DNA of 64,000 nt from Clostridia bacterium. Lineage in GTDB: Bacteria > Bacillota > Clostridia > Oscillospirales > CAG-272. Positions 33,732-44,648 of the stretch are shown here, piece after piece. The notes beneath the pieces were generated by a model. It had not been told where the DNA came from. It was given only the letters and a program-made list of their open reading frames with translations, and ran no database searches. The position numbers and the translations under genes are program-made. The stretch spans positions 2,363 through 66,362 of the forward strand of contig JAFQDK010000018.1 of the NCBI GenBank assembly GCA_017399305.1, in the 5' to 3' direction. The first letter of the stretch is position 1. The number at the start of each line of letters is the position of its first letter.

Positions 33732-34781
33732 ATGTCAAATAGCGTTCTTGCCGCAATGAGCGGCGGCGTTGACTCATCAGCGGCGGCGCTGATGTTGAAG
33801 AATGGCGGCTATGACGTAAGCGGCATGACACTAAGACTTTGGTCTGCGTGCGATACACCGCTATACAAGCTTCAAAGTGAACTTGATGCAAAAAGCGTCT
33901 GCGATACGCTTGGAATTCCTTTTTACGTTTGCGACTATCGCAAGGAGTTTTGTGACATTGTAATCGCAAACTTTATAGACGCATATGAGCGCGGCGAAAC
34001 GCCCAATCCATGCGTTATATGCAACAAGAATGTAAAGTTTGAATTCATGCTTCGCGAGGCTGACCGCCTTGGTATAGAAAGAATCGCAACAGGTCACTAT
34101 GCCAAGGTTGAACGCTCAGGCGACAGATATATAATACGAAAAGGCGCTGACGATAAAAAGGATCAAAGCTATATGTTAGCCATGCTCACGCAAGATCAAC
34201 TTTCGCGTGTGCTATTCCCTCTCGGCTCGCTGACAAAAAACGAAATTAGAGAAATTGCAGAGTCAAGCGGTTTTTCTGTTGCGCATAAAAAAGACAGCCA
34301 GGACATATGTTTTATTCCTGACGGTGATTATGTCCGCTTTATTGAAGAACAAACAAAAAAGACTTATCCCTACGGCGACTTTGTGAGCGCTGACGGAAGC
34401 ATTCTCGGCAAGCACAAGGGGCTTATCCGATACACCACGGGACAAAGAAAAGGCCTTGGACTTGCATTGCCTGCACCGATGTATGTTCTCGAAAAGGATA
34501 TCGAGGGCAACCGCGTTATCCTTGGCACAAACGAGCAACTGTTTTCACACGAATGTACCGTTTGCGATGTAAACGCTATTGCAACATCTTCGTTCGATGC
34601 ACCGATGCGCGCCGACGTTAAAGTTCGCTACAGCCACAGCGCCGCCGGCGCTTGGTTATATCCAAGCGATGACGGCTGTGTTAAAGTTGTTTTTGACGAG
34701 CCTCAACGCGCAATAACACGCGGACAGACCGCCGCTTTCTATGACGGAGATATTCTCCTTGGCGGAGGTAAGATAAAATGA
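33732..34781 (+). CDS. mnmA: tRNA 2-thiouridylase MnmA
   Basis: PP-loop AMSGGVDSS; ATG 33732 follows AAGGAG (track start 33717 is TTG). Confidence 0.9.
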   Translation: MSNSVLAAMSGGVDSSAAALMLKNGGYDVSGMTLRLWSACDTPLYKLQSELDAKSVCDTLGIPFYVCDYRKEFCDIVIANFIDAYERGETPNPCVICNKNVKFEFMLREADRLGIERIATGHYAKVERSGDRYIIRKGADDKKDQSYMLAMLTQDQLSRVLFPLGSLTKNEIREIAESSGFSVAHKKDSQDICFIPDGDYVRFIEEQTKKTYPYGDFVSADGSILGKHKGLIRYTTGQRKGLGLALPAPMYVLEKDIEGNRVILGTNEQLFSHECTVCDVNAIATSSFDAPMRADVKVRYSHSAAGAWLYPSDDGCVKVVFDEPQRAITRGQTAAFYDGDILLGGGKIK

Positions 34782-35959
34782 CAAAATTACTGATAAAACT
34801 GTTTGTCAAGAATAACGAACATACAGAAAACAACACTGTGCGCGCAGCATACGGCAAACTATCGGGATTTGTAGGTATAATCTGCAATATCCTTTTATTT
34901 GCGGTGAAGCTTTCGGTCGGACTGCTTATCGGAAGTGTTTCTATCACTGCCGATGCGGTAAACAACTTATCCGACGCTTCATCCAGCATTATCAGCCTGC
35001 TTGGATTCAAGCTTGCGTCAAAACCTGCTGACGAGGATCACCCCTACGGTCATGCAAGGTATGAATATTTATCAGGGCTTCTTGTAACGGTACTTATATT
35101 CATCATCGGATATGAGCTGATGAAAAGCAGTGTTGGCAAGATAATCTCGCCCACTGAGGTTGCATTCAACTGGGTGTCGGTTGCCATACTTGCGGTTTCG
35201 GTATTTGTCAAGCTGTGGATGTCGCTGTTCAATCATAGCATCGGCAAAATGATATCATCACAAACACTTATCGCAACAGCAGCAGACTGCCGCAATGATG
35301 TTATTGCAACCTCTGCCGTTGTATTTGCAATGATAATTTCGCATTACACAGGTTTTGAGCTTGACGGATATATCGGCATTGCCGTTGCGCTGTTTATTTT
35401 GTACAGCGGCATTGGTCTTGCCAAAGATACTCTCGACCCTATTCTGGGTCGCGCGCCTGATCCCGAATTTGTAGAAAAAATCAGAAAAAGCATAATGAGC
35501 TATCCCGGCATTATAGGTACGCACGACCTGATGGTTCACGATTACGGTCCCGGATGCCAGTTTGCAAGCGTTCATGTTGAGGTTGCCGCCGAAGGTGATG
35601 TAATAGAACTGCATGACATCATAGACAATATCGAACGCAACTTCCTTGATGAATATGGGCTACACATGGTAATACACATGGATCCCATCGTTACATCGGA
35701 TGATGCCATAGGAGATATCCGATGCCAGCTTTCAGATGCAATAATCAAGATAGATCCTGAGCTTTCTATCCATGATTTGCGCGCTGTGGTTGGTCCAACT
35801 CATACAAACCTTGTCTTTGACTGCGTTGTTCCGCACGGCTTTAAAATGAGCAACACAGAACTGCGCGAAAGTATATGCGCGATAGCAAAGGCAATCAACC
35901 CTTGCTACAACTGCGTTATAACAATCGAAAGCAGTTACGCAAGTTTACCAAGAAAGTAA
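34778..35959 (+). CDS. Cation diffusion facilitator family transporter
   Basis: 6 TM, ITADAVNNLSD and DCRNDV motifs, cytoplasmic C-terminal domain. Confidence 0.85.
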   Translation: MTKLLIKLFVKNNEHTENNTVRAAYGKLSGFVGIICNILLFAVKLSVGLLIGSVSITADAVNNLSDASSSIISLLGFKLASKPADEDHPYGHARYEYLSGLLVTVLIFIIGYELMKSSVGKIISPTEVAFNWVSVAILAVSVFVKLWMSLFNHSIGKMISSQTLIATAADCRNDVIATSAVVFAMIISHYTGFELDGYIGIAVALFILYSGIGLAKDTLDPILGRAPDPEFVEKIRKSIMSYPGIIGTHDLMVHDYGPGCQFASVHVEVAAEGDVIELHDIIDNIERNFLDEYGLHMVIHMDPIVTSDDAIGDIRCQLSDAIIKIDPELSIHDLRAVVGPTHTNLVFDCVVPHGFKMSNTELRESICAIAKAINPCYNCVITIESSYASLPRK

Positions 35960-35993
35960 AAAAATTGCTTCCCGTATGGGAAGCAATTTTTTT
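35960..35993. terminator. Bidirectional terminator
   Basis: AATTGCTTCCC-GTAT-GGGAAGCAATT flanked by A and T runs. Confidence 0.7.
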
Positions 35994-37293
35994 ACTGCAT
36001 AAACTTCATTAAGTTGGTCTGTACTTCTTCTGCAACTGCAGATGCAAATGCATCAATATCCTCTACCTCGGTTGCCCCCTTAGGAACACCGGGAAGCTTA
36101 ACGCCATTTTCAATTGCAATTGTCAATCCGTAACCCTCAAGGTCAACGCCGAAGCCGTTTACAGTTACCTTCTTAGGTGTGAGTGTAATTGAATTCTTCT
36201 TAATTGCATAACCGCAAATAAACTCAACATTTACATCCTCAGCGCTTACAGTTACGGTAAACTCATCCTTAGCAATAGCGAATGCTGCTGTAAACATCTC
36301 CTCGCCATAGCTTTCTGCGGAAATCTCATAGGTATACTCATTCTTAGCACCGGATTTACCTGTGATAGTAAAGTTACCTGCATTATCAGCATCGCCGGCC
36401 TTAAGTGTGAAGTCCTCAGTCTTTACATCATAATCGTATGTAAGAGTTACCACGGCATCGTCAGCGGCGATATTAACATCAGCGCTGATAAGAACATCAT
36501 TCTTCTTCTGAACAGTGAGCTTTGCAGTAATTTCGAATGACGCGTCATCAAACATATCAGGAAGAGCATCTGTGATCATCGCCATATCATATTCGGGATC
36601 CAACTGCTTGATAAGCTTTTCGAGGTCCTTGTCATTTGCCATAACCTCGGCAAGTGCGGTTATGATAGCGTCAAACTCTTTCTCGGTGATTACAAATGAA
36701 ACATTGACGTTCTTGCCGTCTTTCTCGACGGTAAACTCAACATGCTCTCCAAAAAGTTTCTTTACTTCATTATCGTACTTCTCATCAAGCGCTAAGAGCT
36801 CCTTGGAAGTATTGCTGCTCTGCTCAACAGCATTCATCAACTCTTCAAAAGAGATCCCCATCTGATATTCAAGTTCTTCTGCAATAGCTGAAACAGGCAT
36901 GCTGTATGCACCATTGAACAAAGAAGATGAAGCAAAAAGGTTTTCCTTATTCTCAATCAGTGTAATCTCTGCTTTCTCACCGCCGATTTCTGCAGAAACT
37001 ACCTGCGCTGCAACTACATTCTTAATATCGCCATAAAGCGCCGCACTGACATTTTTTATATCAGGAAGCGAAAGGCCGTAGTTTGCAAGACCGGAAAGGT
37101 CAGCTGCACTAACAGAAAGCTTTACCGTGTCAGCCTCGTTGCCAACAAAAGCGCCGAGACCTGTTTCATTGAAACTGTCTTCAATGCCTTCAAGCGAATC
37201 GAATACATAATCTACGCCGTCTTTTGTGCCGCATCCCACAAGGGAAAGACAAAGCACCAATACAAGCGCGGTTGCTATTAAAAACTTTTTCAT
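35992..37293 (-). CDS. Lipoprotein, unknown function (paralog A)
   Basis: MKKFLIATALVLVLCLSLVGCG lipobox; acidic, Ala/Glu/Thr-rich. Confidence 0.5.
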   Translation of the reverse strand: MKKFLIATALVLVLCLSLVGCGTKDGVDYVFDSLEGIEDSFNETGLGAFVGNEADTVKLSVSAADLSGLANYGLSLPDIKNVSAALYGDIKNVVAAQVVSAEIGGEKAEITLIENKENLFASSSLFNGAYSMPVSAIAEELEYQMGISFEELMNAVEQSSNTSKELLALDEKYDNEVKKLFGEHVEFTVEKDGKNVNVSFVITEKEFDAIITALAEVMANDKDLEKLIKQLDPEYDMAMITDALPDMFDDASFEITAKLTVQKKNDVLISADVNIAADDAVVTLTYDYDVKTEDFTLKAGDADNAGNFTITGKSGAKNEYTYEISAESYGEEMFTAAFAIAKDEFTVTVSAEDVNVEFICGYAIKKNSITLTPKKVTVNGFGVDLEGYGLTIAIENGVKLPGVPKGATEVEDIDAFASAVAEEVQTNLMKFMQ

Positions 37294-37323
37294 ATTTATA
37301 CCCTTTCGTATTTCAATACTCAA

Positions 37324-38679
37324 TTACTGTAGATATGCCATAATGCCTGAGTTTGCAATAAACTGGAACAGAATATTCTGAAGTTCTTCCTCGGTAAGAT
37401 CGAGAATAGATGTTGCTGTTTCGGGCATTGTAGGAGCGGTTGCGTTGAGGTCAACTGCAATTGCGATCTCATATGTAGAAAGATCAATTACAACATCTTC
37501 TGCTTTGATTTCGTCAAAAACAAATGTGAAGGTAGTATCGGTTACCTCATAACTACCGGTAAGATTGAATAACTCTGTGCCTTCGCTGATGCAATTTACA
37601 ACAGCGTTACCGTCCGCGAAAGTAGCAGTTGCATTAACAAGCTCTGTTGCACCTTCGGTTACAGAAAGTGTTGCGCCGGTATCTGTGACGGTGATATTGA
37701 TAGCCTGATCATCTGCTGCCAAAACGATCTTGAAATCATCTCCGTTTTCAACAGTAACATTAAGCGGATCGTCTTCTGCAACGATAACCATATCCATTAC
37801 CTTAAAAGCAGATGTTGTTTTATCAAGTGTGATATCCGCTTTGAGGGAAAAACCTGCTTCGGTAAGATCCTCTGCTATTGTACCTGTCTGATTTGCAAGA
37901 TCTTTTACCGCCGCGGCGCTCTCCTCGCCATATGCAAGAGTAACAAATCCAATGAGCTCTTCATCGGCAGAAATAGCTTCAACAATGGGTGTTACGATTG
38001 CCGCAAGGCTTTCGGGAGTGAGTTCAAGAGTTACAATAACATTGTCGCCGTCATCCTTTTTGCCAAGTGCCGCATTTTTGAGAAGAAGTTCCTCTGCCAT
38101 ATCGCAGTACTTGGTTACAAGTGCTTCAAAGAAAGCATCATCGTACTTCATCAAATCGGATGCAGTAAAGGGAAGTTCAACCTCAGCGAGTGAAAACAGT
38201 TCTTCAAACGTGATGCTGTAAGTTGCAGGAACCTGTGCAGATGAAAGAACGATTTTTTCAGGGTCTATAAAAGCGGTAATATCGCAAAGTGTATCGCCAA
38301 TCTTTGCCGAGATTGCCTCTGCGGCATAACTGCCGTTGTTGCCAACATAAATATCAAACGCGATATCCGAAATTGGAGGAATAGTCGCAGTATCTACACC
38401 GGCAAGTGCAAGTAATGGCTCGATGTTGCCAACAGAAAGCGTAGTACGGCCGCCTTTTTCCATTGATTCAAGGAATGAAACGGTCTTGCTTTCTTCAGCA
38501 AATGCACCATCAATTGCAGCGCTGAGATATTCAGCAGGTGTTTTTTCAACTACGGGGGCATTTGTGCTTTCACCACCGTTTACAGTTCCGTCTTCAACAT
38601 TGTTCTTGGAACAGCCAACAAGTGAAAGGCTGAGCAGCATGAGAACTGCCAGCGCAAGTGCAAACAATCTCTTTTTCAT
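37324..38679 (-). CDS. Lipoprotein, unknown function (paralog B)
   Basis: MKKRLFALALAVLMLLSLSLVGCS lipobox; alignable blocks with 35992-37293 product. Confidence 0.5.
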   Translation of the reverse strand: MKKRLFALALAVLMLLSLSLVGCSKNNVEDGTVNGGESTNAPVVEKTPAEYLSAAIDGAFAEESKTVSFLESMEKGGRTTLSVGNIEPLLALAGVDTATIPPISDIAFDIYVGNNGSYAAEAISAKIGDTLCDITAFIDPEKIVLSSAQVPATYSITFEELFSLAEVELPFTASDLMKYDDAFFEALVTKYCDMAEELLLKNAALGKKDDGDNVIVTLELTPESLAAIVTPIVEAISADEELIGFVTLAYGEESAAAVKDLANQTGTIAEDLTEAGFSLKADITLDKTTSAFKVMDMVIVAEDDPLNVTVENGDDFKIVLAADDQAINITVTDTGATLSVTEGATELVNATATFADGNAVVNCISEGTELFNLTGSYEVTDTTFTFVFDEIKAEDVVIDLSTYEIAIAVDLNATAPTMPETATSILDLTEEELQNILFQFIANSGIMAYLQ

Positions 38680-38816
38680 TTTGTTTTCCTTCCTAAGTAG
38701 GTTATTTACAAGTTCTATTTAATTATACACTGTTATTATTCGAAATTCAATAGACAGTTGACGAATAAGGCTAAAAATGTTACTATATTGTAGATATTTG
38801 TATTGGAGGTGGCCTT

Positions 38817-39431
38817 ATGGATTCTATAATATCTGTAAAGAATCTATCGCTGTCATACGGCGATAAAAATATACTTTCCAATGTTTCGTTTGAGCTTGAA
38901 TCAGGCTATGCGGCAGCCCTTATCGGCGAAAACGGAAGCGGCAAATCAACACTTTTAACCGCTCTTGCAGGAATTGTAAAACCGCATAGCGGCGATATAA
39001 ATATAAATGGCAAAATAGCATACCTCCCACAGGAAATATCACTGGTTGACGATCTGACATTCAACGACAATCTTAAATTTTTTGCTTCGCTTGCACGGTG
39101 TAAAGTACCGCGCGAACTACCTATGGGCGCAGATGCTTTGCGTAAAATACGCATCAAAAAAATGTCCGGCGGTATGAAAAAGCTGTGTAGCATTGTTTGC
39201 ACTCTTCTTGCGGATGCTGACATATATATGTTTGACGAGCCGTGTGCCGCACTGGACAAAGAACACCGTGAGATGTTCATATCGCATGTTGAATCACTTG
39301 TTAAGCAAGGAAAAACAGTGCTGTATGTTGCACATGACAAAAGCGAGTACGAAAGTTTTGCAAACATTGAGCTGTGCGTTGAAGAAAGCAGTGTGACCGT
39401 AAACATGATAAAATGCGAGGCGAATGTATGA
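38817..39431 (+). CDS. ABC transporter ATP-binding protein
   Basis: Walker A GENGSGKST, signature MSGGMKK, Walker B IYMFDEP. Confidence 0.85.
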   Translation: MDSIISVKNLSLSYGDKNILSNVSFELESGYAAALIGENGSGKSTLLTALAGIVKPHSGDININGKIAYLPQEISLVDDLTFNDNLKFFASLARCKVPRELPMGADALRKIRIKKMSGGMKKLCSIVCTLLADADIYMFDEPCAALDKEHREMFISHVESLVKQGKTVLYVAHDKSEYESFANIELCVEESSVTVNMIKCEANV

Positions 39432-40654
39432 AAAACGCAATCAATGCATTTGCATCGTTGCTGAAAAAAGACCTTTGTCTATACGGCAGAAAGATACTGT
39501 CAACGCTGCTTTTGCTGTTGCTGTTGATTGCCGGATGTGTCACCGCGCTTTTATCGGTGATGGGTTCTGCTATTGAAGAACGCGACAAGGTCGACCTTGT
39601 TCTTGTTGACAAAGATGCTTCTTCCCTTTCAAAAATGGCGATAAACGTTGTAAAAGGCAGCGATGCCGTTGGAGAAATGTTCAATGTAGAAAGCCTTGAC
39701 ACTACACAAGAAGCACTTGCAGGAATGAAAGACGGCACATATGACGGTGCAATAATCTTTGAAGAAGACTATCTTTCAACCATTCTTGACGGTGATTCTT
39801 CTGCTGTAAGAATTCTCTTGTCGGATAGTCTCTCAGCTTCGGCACAAACTATTCTACACTTTGCAAAAACTGGTGAAAAGCTTATAAGAGTTGCCGAATA
39901 CGGTGTAATGAGCGCACAAAAACCGCTCTATGAAAACTACGACCGCTCAACCGCATATTCTATGCTGAGTGACATGGAGATCAAATATGCATTCAGGCTT
40001 TTGTCACTGCCGGAAACTGCATTTGAACACACGCAAACAGCATATGCAAACAGCAGTGTTGGAATTGTAGAATACTATATTCTGGCGTTTCTGGTATTCT
40101 TACTAATAGTTTTGGAAGTTGTTTTCTTTCCGTTTACATCCTGCGACTGTGCGCCGGCAATGCTACGCCGTATAAAAAGCTATTCAATATGTAATGCGGT
40201 TATAATCGCAGAAAAAGCATTTATTCCATTTATAATACGTTCTTCAATGCTACTTTTCGCAACAACAGCCATAAACTATTTCATAAACGTTGATATAAGC
40301 ACAGCTTCAATAGCTTATGCACTGATTTGCATTGCACTACTCAGCCTTATGATGTCATCGCTGTCTATTCTTCTGTCACAAACACCGCTTGGCATTGCAA
40401 TGATTTTTGCGCTATCGGCGGTTGGACTTTTCATGTGCGGTGGCCTTATTCCGATTTCAATGCTTCCGTATGAAATTATTTCCGCTGGTGGATTTACCCC
40501 TTCGGGACTCTGCACAAAGTTGCTCTCACCTTTGCTGTATGGTACAGCGTCACCGATTTCTGCTGTAATTATGGCACTGATGTGCTTTATACTGATGCTT
40601 GCCGCAAATATGTTTATGCGACGCATAGCAAAGCAAGGAGGTGGCGTCGCATGA
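39428..40654 (+). CDS. ABC-2-type permease
   Basis: ATG overlaps ATPase stop; N-terminal TM, large loop, C-terminal multi-TM bundle. Confidence 0.6.
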   Translation: MKNAINAFASLLKKDLCLYGRKILSTLLLLLLLIAGCVTALLSVMGSAIEERDKVDLVLVDKDASSLSKMAINVVKGSDAVGEMFNVESLDTTQEALAGMKDGTYDGAIIFEEDYLSTILDGDSSAVRILLSDSLSASAQTILHFAKTGEKLIRVAEYGVMSAQKPLYENYDRSTAYSMLSDMEIKYAFRLLSLPETAFEHTQTAYANSSVGIVEYYILAFLVFLLIVLEVVFFPFTSCDCAPAMLRRIKSYSICNAVIIAEKAFIPFIIRSSMLLFATTAINYFINVDISTASIAYALICIALLSLMMSSLSILLSQTPLGIAMIFALSAVGLFMCGGLIPISMLPYEIISAGGFTPSGLCTKLLSPLLYGTASPISAVIMALMCFILMLAANMFMRRIAKQGGGVA

Positions 40655-41751
40655 AATCCTGGTTGATGTTCAAACGCATTGTGCGTACGCCTGCCATACT
40701 GATAATGCTATCCGTGACATTTATATGCGTACTTCTCTGCGGTATGCTTATGCAAGACGACGGTATTCCGTCATGCGGAATAGTATGCGGCAATGATCCT
40801 CTCGCTGTTTCTATCGCGGATGAGCTTGCAAATGACGGGCTTGTTCTCTGCAATACAAAAGCAGAGCTTAAAAAAGAGCTGACACGAGGAAGTATCTCAA
40901 TGGGGGTTGTTATGCCCGATGACCTGACAGAAAAACTTGTCAATGGCGATACTGATGGGATGATAGAGTTTATCGAAACACCCGTTACATTTTTGCCGTC
41001 ACTTTATCGCTATAGAATAGCGGCATATATCATCGAAGCCTTTACGCCATATCTGACAAGTGAAATCCTCGGCGATATGGGATTTGATATTTCACCTGAA
41101 GAAATGCAGGCATCAATTGACGAATACCTCGCAAATGAAACAGAATTTGCATTTACCATTGAAAATGCAAGCGGCGCATCCATTGAGGTCGAGCATTATG
41201 CAAAAAAACTCAGTATCGGTACGCTTGCACTATTCCTGTTTTTTGCATTTGGGCTTTTTGCAGTTCCCTGCTCCGAAAAGCAGTTCTCATCCATTGCAAG
41301 GCGCATCGGATTAAAAAACGCTTTTTTGTCATTTGTCATACCTTGTGTAGTTATTGTGCTTCTTCTTTTCACGGCGGTTTCATCACTGGCGCTTATACTC
41401 TCTGACAAACTGTTTGCAAGCGGGACTAGCGAACTTGTTATTTCCACTATCATTTACACTGTATTTCTTAGCGCACTTGGCATCCTCTGCACCGCTGTTT
41501 TTCGCTCTACCGAAAGAATACGCGTACCAATGATAGCAATATGCATGCTCTCGCTCGGCTTTTGCCCGATATTTGCCGACCTGCCTGCCCTAATAGGTGC
41601 GCCATCATGGTTTGGCTGCTTATTGCCGCCAATGTTCATATACGCGGCAATAGATTCACCGATAATTTGTGCAGTGATCGCATTTGCCATATTCGTTTTT
41701 GCAACACTTGCGCTATATCTCTCTTATAAAAAGAGATTTAATTTAAAATAA
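40651..41751 (+). CDS. ABC-2-type permease (second subunit)
   Basis: ATG 40651 overlaps previous stop (ATGA); same architecture. Confidence 0.6.
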   Translation: MKSWLMFKRIVRTPAILIMLSVTFICVLLCGMLMQDDGIPSCGIVCGNDPLAVSIADELANDGLVLCNTKAELKKELTRGSISMGVVMPDDLTEKLVNGDTDGMIEFIETPVTFLPSLYRYRIAAYIIEAFTPYLTSEILGDMGFDISPEEMQASIDEYLANETEFAFTIENASGASIEVEHYAKKLSIGTLALFLFFAFGLFAVPCSEKQFSSIARRIGLKNAFLSFVIPCVVIVLLLFTAVSSLALILSDKLFASGTSELVISTIIYTVFLSALGILCTAVFRSTERIRVPMIAICMLSLGFCPIFADLPALIGAPSWFGCLLPPMFIYAAIDSPIICAVIAFAIFVFATLALYLSYKKRFNLK

Positions 41752-41775
41752 AAAAGAGCCATATGGCTCTTTTTT
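41751..41775. terminator. Bidirectional terminator
   Basis: AAAAAGAGCC-ATAT-GGCTCTTTTTT. Confidence 0.6.
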
Positions 41776-44233
41776 ATTTTACTTCGTATCCGGCTTCTTC
41801 GATAACAGCTTTAAGCTTAGCATCCGAAATTTCTGAATTCAGCTTAACTGTTGCGGTACCGTCCTTATGATTTGCAACCGCTTCGTCTACCTCGGGCAGT
41901 GCCTCAAGGCTCTTTTTAACTGCCGCTTCACAGTGAGGACACATCATACCTTTTACTTTGATTACTTTTTCCATTGAAATTATCTCCTTTTGAACTGTTT
42001 TGGTTTTTTGTGTAGCTTTGAAAAAATTAAGCCGCAACGCATTTGTTACCACGCAAAAGCTTGAAAGGCTCATTGCCGCCGCGCCGAACATCGGATCAAG
42101 TTCAAGCCCGAACAGCGGTATCCATATACCTGCGGCAAGCGGAATTCCTATAATGTTATAGATAAATGCCCAAAACAGGTTTTCTTTTATATTGCGCAAA
42201 GTCTTGCGGCTGAGCCTGATTGCAGAAACTGCATCGACAAGGCTTGAATGCATAAGCACAACATCTGCGGCATCCACAGCAATATCTGCACCAGCGCCGA
42301 TAGCAATACCGATATCTGCACCGGTAAGTGCAGGCGCATCATTGATTCCGTCACCAACCATCGCAACTTTTCCCTCTTTGGCAAGTTCCTTGACGGTTTC
42401 TGCCTTATTAGCAGGAAGTATACCTGCCTTGACCTCATCTATAGAAACCTTTTCGGCTATAGCTTTCGCAGTGCGTTCATTATCACCGGTAAGCATAACT
42501 GTGCGAATGCCAAGCTTTTTTAGTTCTGCAATAGCCATAGAGCTATCTTCTTTAACTGTATCGGCAACCGCAATCATGCCTATATATTCTCCATCATAAC
42601 AGAACAGGAGCGGAGTTTTGCCATCGGAAGCGAGACTTTCAGCTGTAGCGGTAACACTGCTGTCAACAGTAACAGCTTCTTTTATATACGCAAGGCTTCC
42701 GCCCAAAGCGGTCTTGCCATAAACAGTGGCGCGGAGTCCTTTGCCTGCAACAACTTCAAACTCATCAGTATCAGAGGTAACGATCCCGTTTTCAGATGCA
42801 TATGCAATCACCGCTCTGCCAAGAGGATGCTCACTTTTCATCTCAAGCGATGCGGCAATTTCAAGAAGTTTGCTTTCGCTGACACTGCTCGGAATAATGT
42901 CGGTAACGCTGGGCTCACCGCGAGTTATAGTTCCAGTTTTGTCAAGTGCAACAATCTTGACCTTTCCTGTTTCTTCAAGTGAAGTTGCTGTCTTAAAGAG
43001 AATACCGTGTTTAGCGCCTACTCCGCTCGCAACCATTATAGCAACAGGAGTTGCAAGACCAAGTGCGCAAGGGCAACTGATAACAAGCACTGATATCCCC
43101 CTTGCAAGTGCATATCCAACGCTTTCTCCGGCAAGCATCCATGCGGCAAATGTAACAATAGCAATCCCGATTACTGTCGGCACAAAGATGCCCGACACCT
43201 TGTCGGCAAGCTTGGCTACAGGTGCTTTAGTTGCCGCCGCGTCACTAACCATTTTTATGATACCTGAAAATGTTGTGTCCTCACCTATGTGTGTTGCCTC
43301 GCAGGTAAGAAAACCAGATTTATTGATTGTTGCGGCAAAAACGCGGTCGCCAATCGCCTTGTCGATGGGAAGGCTTTCACCTGTGAGCGCGGACTCATCT
43401 ACCGCTCCACCGCCGTTTATAAGCACACCGTCAACAGGTATGCTCTCTCCGGGGCGAACGACAAAAATATCGCCTTTTTTTACTTCGGCAACAGGTACTG
43501 TCACCTCTTTGCCGTCACGTATCAGTGTAGCGGTTTTAGGAGCAAGGCTCATAAGCCCTTTAAGTGCATCTGTTGTTTTGCCCTTGGCACGCGCCTCAAG
43601 CATTTTACCAACTGTGATAAGCGTCAGTATCATGGCAGCAGACTCAAAATAAAGCCCGTGCATAGAATGCATTGCTATCTCGGGGGGCTGTCTTGTCATC
43701 ATAAACAGCACAACAGTGCTATACCCGTATGCAGCTGCCGCGCCAAGTGCGACAAGCGTATCCATATTGGGCGCGCCGTGAAGAATCCCTTTAAATCCGC
43801 TGACAAAGAACTTGCCATTTATTATCATAACTACAGTTGTAAGCAACAACTGTGCAAGCGCCACCGCAATCGGATTATTCTCAAAAAAAGGCGGAAGCGG
43901 AAAGTTCCACATAACGTGTCCCATGGATATATACATGAGTACCGCAAGAAAACCAACTGAGCTTACAAGTCGGCGAATAAGTTTTGGTGTTTCAGTATCG
44001 GCGAGCGCCTCATCGTTCTTATTCGCTTTCTCTGCGCCTTTTTTAGACGCGCCGTATCCGGCGGCAACAACCGCCGCAATTATCTCCTGCTCTGTAGCTG
44101 TTCCGCTGACACCCATTGAATTGGTAAGTAAATTTACCGAACAATCGGTAACGCCGTCAAGCGCGATAACCGCTTTTTCAACGCGTGCACTGCACGCGGC
44201 ACAGCTCATTCCTGTTACATTATACTGCTCCAT
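41774..44233 (-). CDS. copA: Copper-translocating P1B-type ATPase
   Basis: [15 protein letters not shown] (N-term) and [12 protein letters not shown] (C-term), CPC ([11 protein letters not shown]), [13 protein letters not shown]. Confidence 0.9.
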   Translation of the reverse strand: MEQYNVTGMSCAACSARVEKAVIALDGVTDCSVNLLTNSMGVSGTATEQEIIAAVVAAGYGASKKGAEKANKNDEALADTETPKLIRRLVSSVGFLAVLMYISMGHVMWNFPLPPFFENNPIAVALAQLLLTTVVMIINGKFFVSGFKGILHGAPNMDTLVALGAAAAYGYSTVVLFMMTRQPPEIAMHSMHGLYFESAAMILTLITVGKMLEARAKGKTTDALKGLMSLAPKTATLIRDGKEVTVPVAEVKKGDIFVVRPGESIPVDGVLINGGGAVDESALTGESLPIDKAIGDRVFAATINKSGFLTCEATHIGEDTTFSGIIKMVSDAAATKAPVAKLADKVSGIFVPTVIGIAIVTFAAWMLAGESVGYALARGISVLVISCPCALGLATPVAIMVASGVGAKHGILFKTATSLEETGKVKIVALDKTGTITRGEPSVTDIIPSSVSESKLLEIAASLEMKSEHPLGRAVIAYASENGIVTSDTDEFEVVAGKGLRATVYGKTALGGSLAYIKEAVTVDSSVTATAESLASDGKTPLLFCYDGEYIGMIAVADTVKEDSSMAIAELKKLGIRTVMLTGDNERTAKAIAEKVSIDEVKAGILPANKAETVKELAKEGKVAMVGDGINDAPALTGADIGIAIGAGADIAVDAADVVLMHSSLVDAVSAIRLSRKTLRNIKENLFWAFIYNIIGIPLAAGIWIPLFGLELDPMFGAAAMSLSSFCVVTNALRLNFFKATQKTKTVQKEIISMEKVIKVKGMMCPHCEAAVKKSLEALPEVDEAVANHKDGTATVKLNSEISDAKLKAVIEEAGYEVK

Positions 44234-44235
44234 AT

Positions 44236-44535
44236 TTACCTCATCAGCTTTCTGAGTGTATACAACAGCTCGTCAATCTTTTCATCACCGCCGTTGCGGA
44301 TATCATCCGCAACGCAGGTCTTGATATGATTTGCAAGCAATTCACGGTTGAATGCATCTATCGCCGCGCTTACAGCCGATGCCTGCGTAAGGATATCTGT
44401 GCAATACGCATCATTCTCTACCATGTTACGTATGCCTCGTATCTGTCCTTCTATGCGGCTAAGGCGGTTGATAAGGCTTTTATATTCTTTTTCACTGCGT
44501 TTTTTGGTTTTTACACAGCAACACTGTTCACTCAT
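44236..44535 (-). CDS. csoR: CsoR-family copper-sensing repressor
   Basis: 99 aa, [12 protein letters not shown]...[15 protein letters not shown]...C; directly upstream of copA. Confidence 0.85.
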   Translation of the reverse strand: MSEQCCCVKTKKRSEKEYKSLINRLSRIEGQIRGIRNMVENDAYCTDILTQASAVSAAIDAFNRELLANHIKTCVADDIRNGGDEKIDELLYTLRKLMR

Positions 44536-44557
44536 GGTATCACCTCAATTATATTTT

Positions 44558-44574
44558 ATACCCCCCTGGGGTAT
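44558..44574. promoter_or_regulatory. CsoR-type operator
   Basis: ATACCCC-CCT-GGGGTAT inverted repeat lying between minus-strand TTGACA and TAAAAT boxes. Confidence 0.65.
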
Positions 44575-44648
44575 TTGTCAATATGCACTTGACAAATATG
44601 TTAAAATAAAATGTATGGTAAATGAGATAGAAAACCAAGGAGAGATAT

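Noticed and set aside
42726-43960. 308-aa and 223-aa plus-strand ORFs
   Set aside because: Both are antisense to copA, which carries every P-type ATPase motif. They are Ser/Ala/Pro-rich shadow ORFs typical of GC-skewed coding regions.
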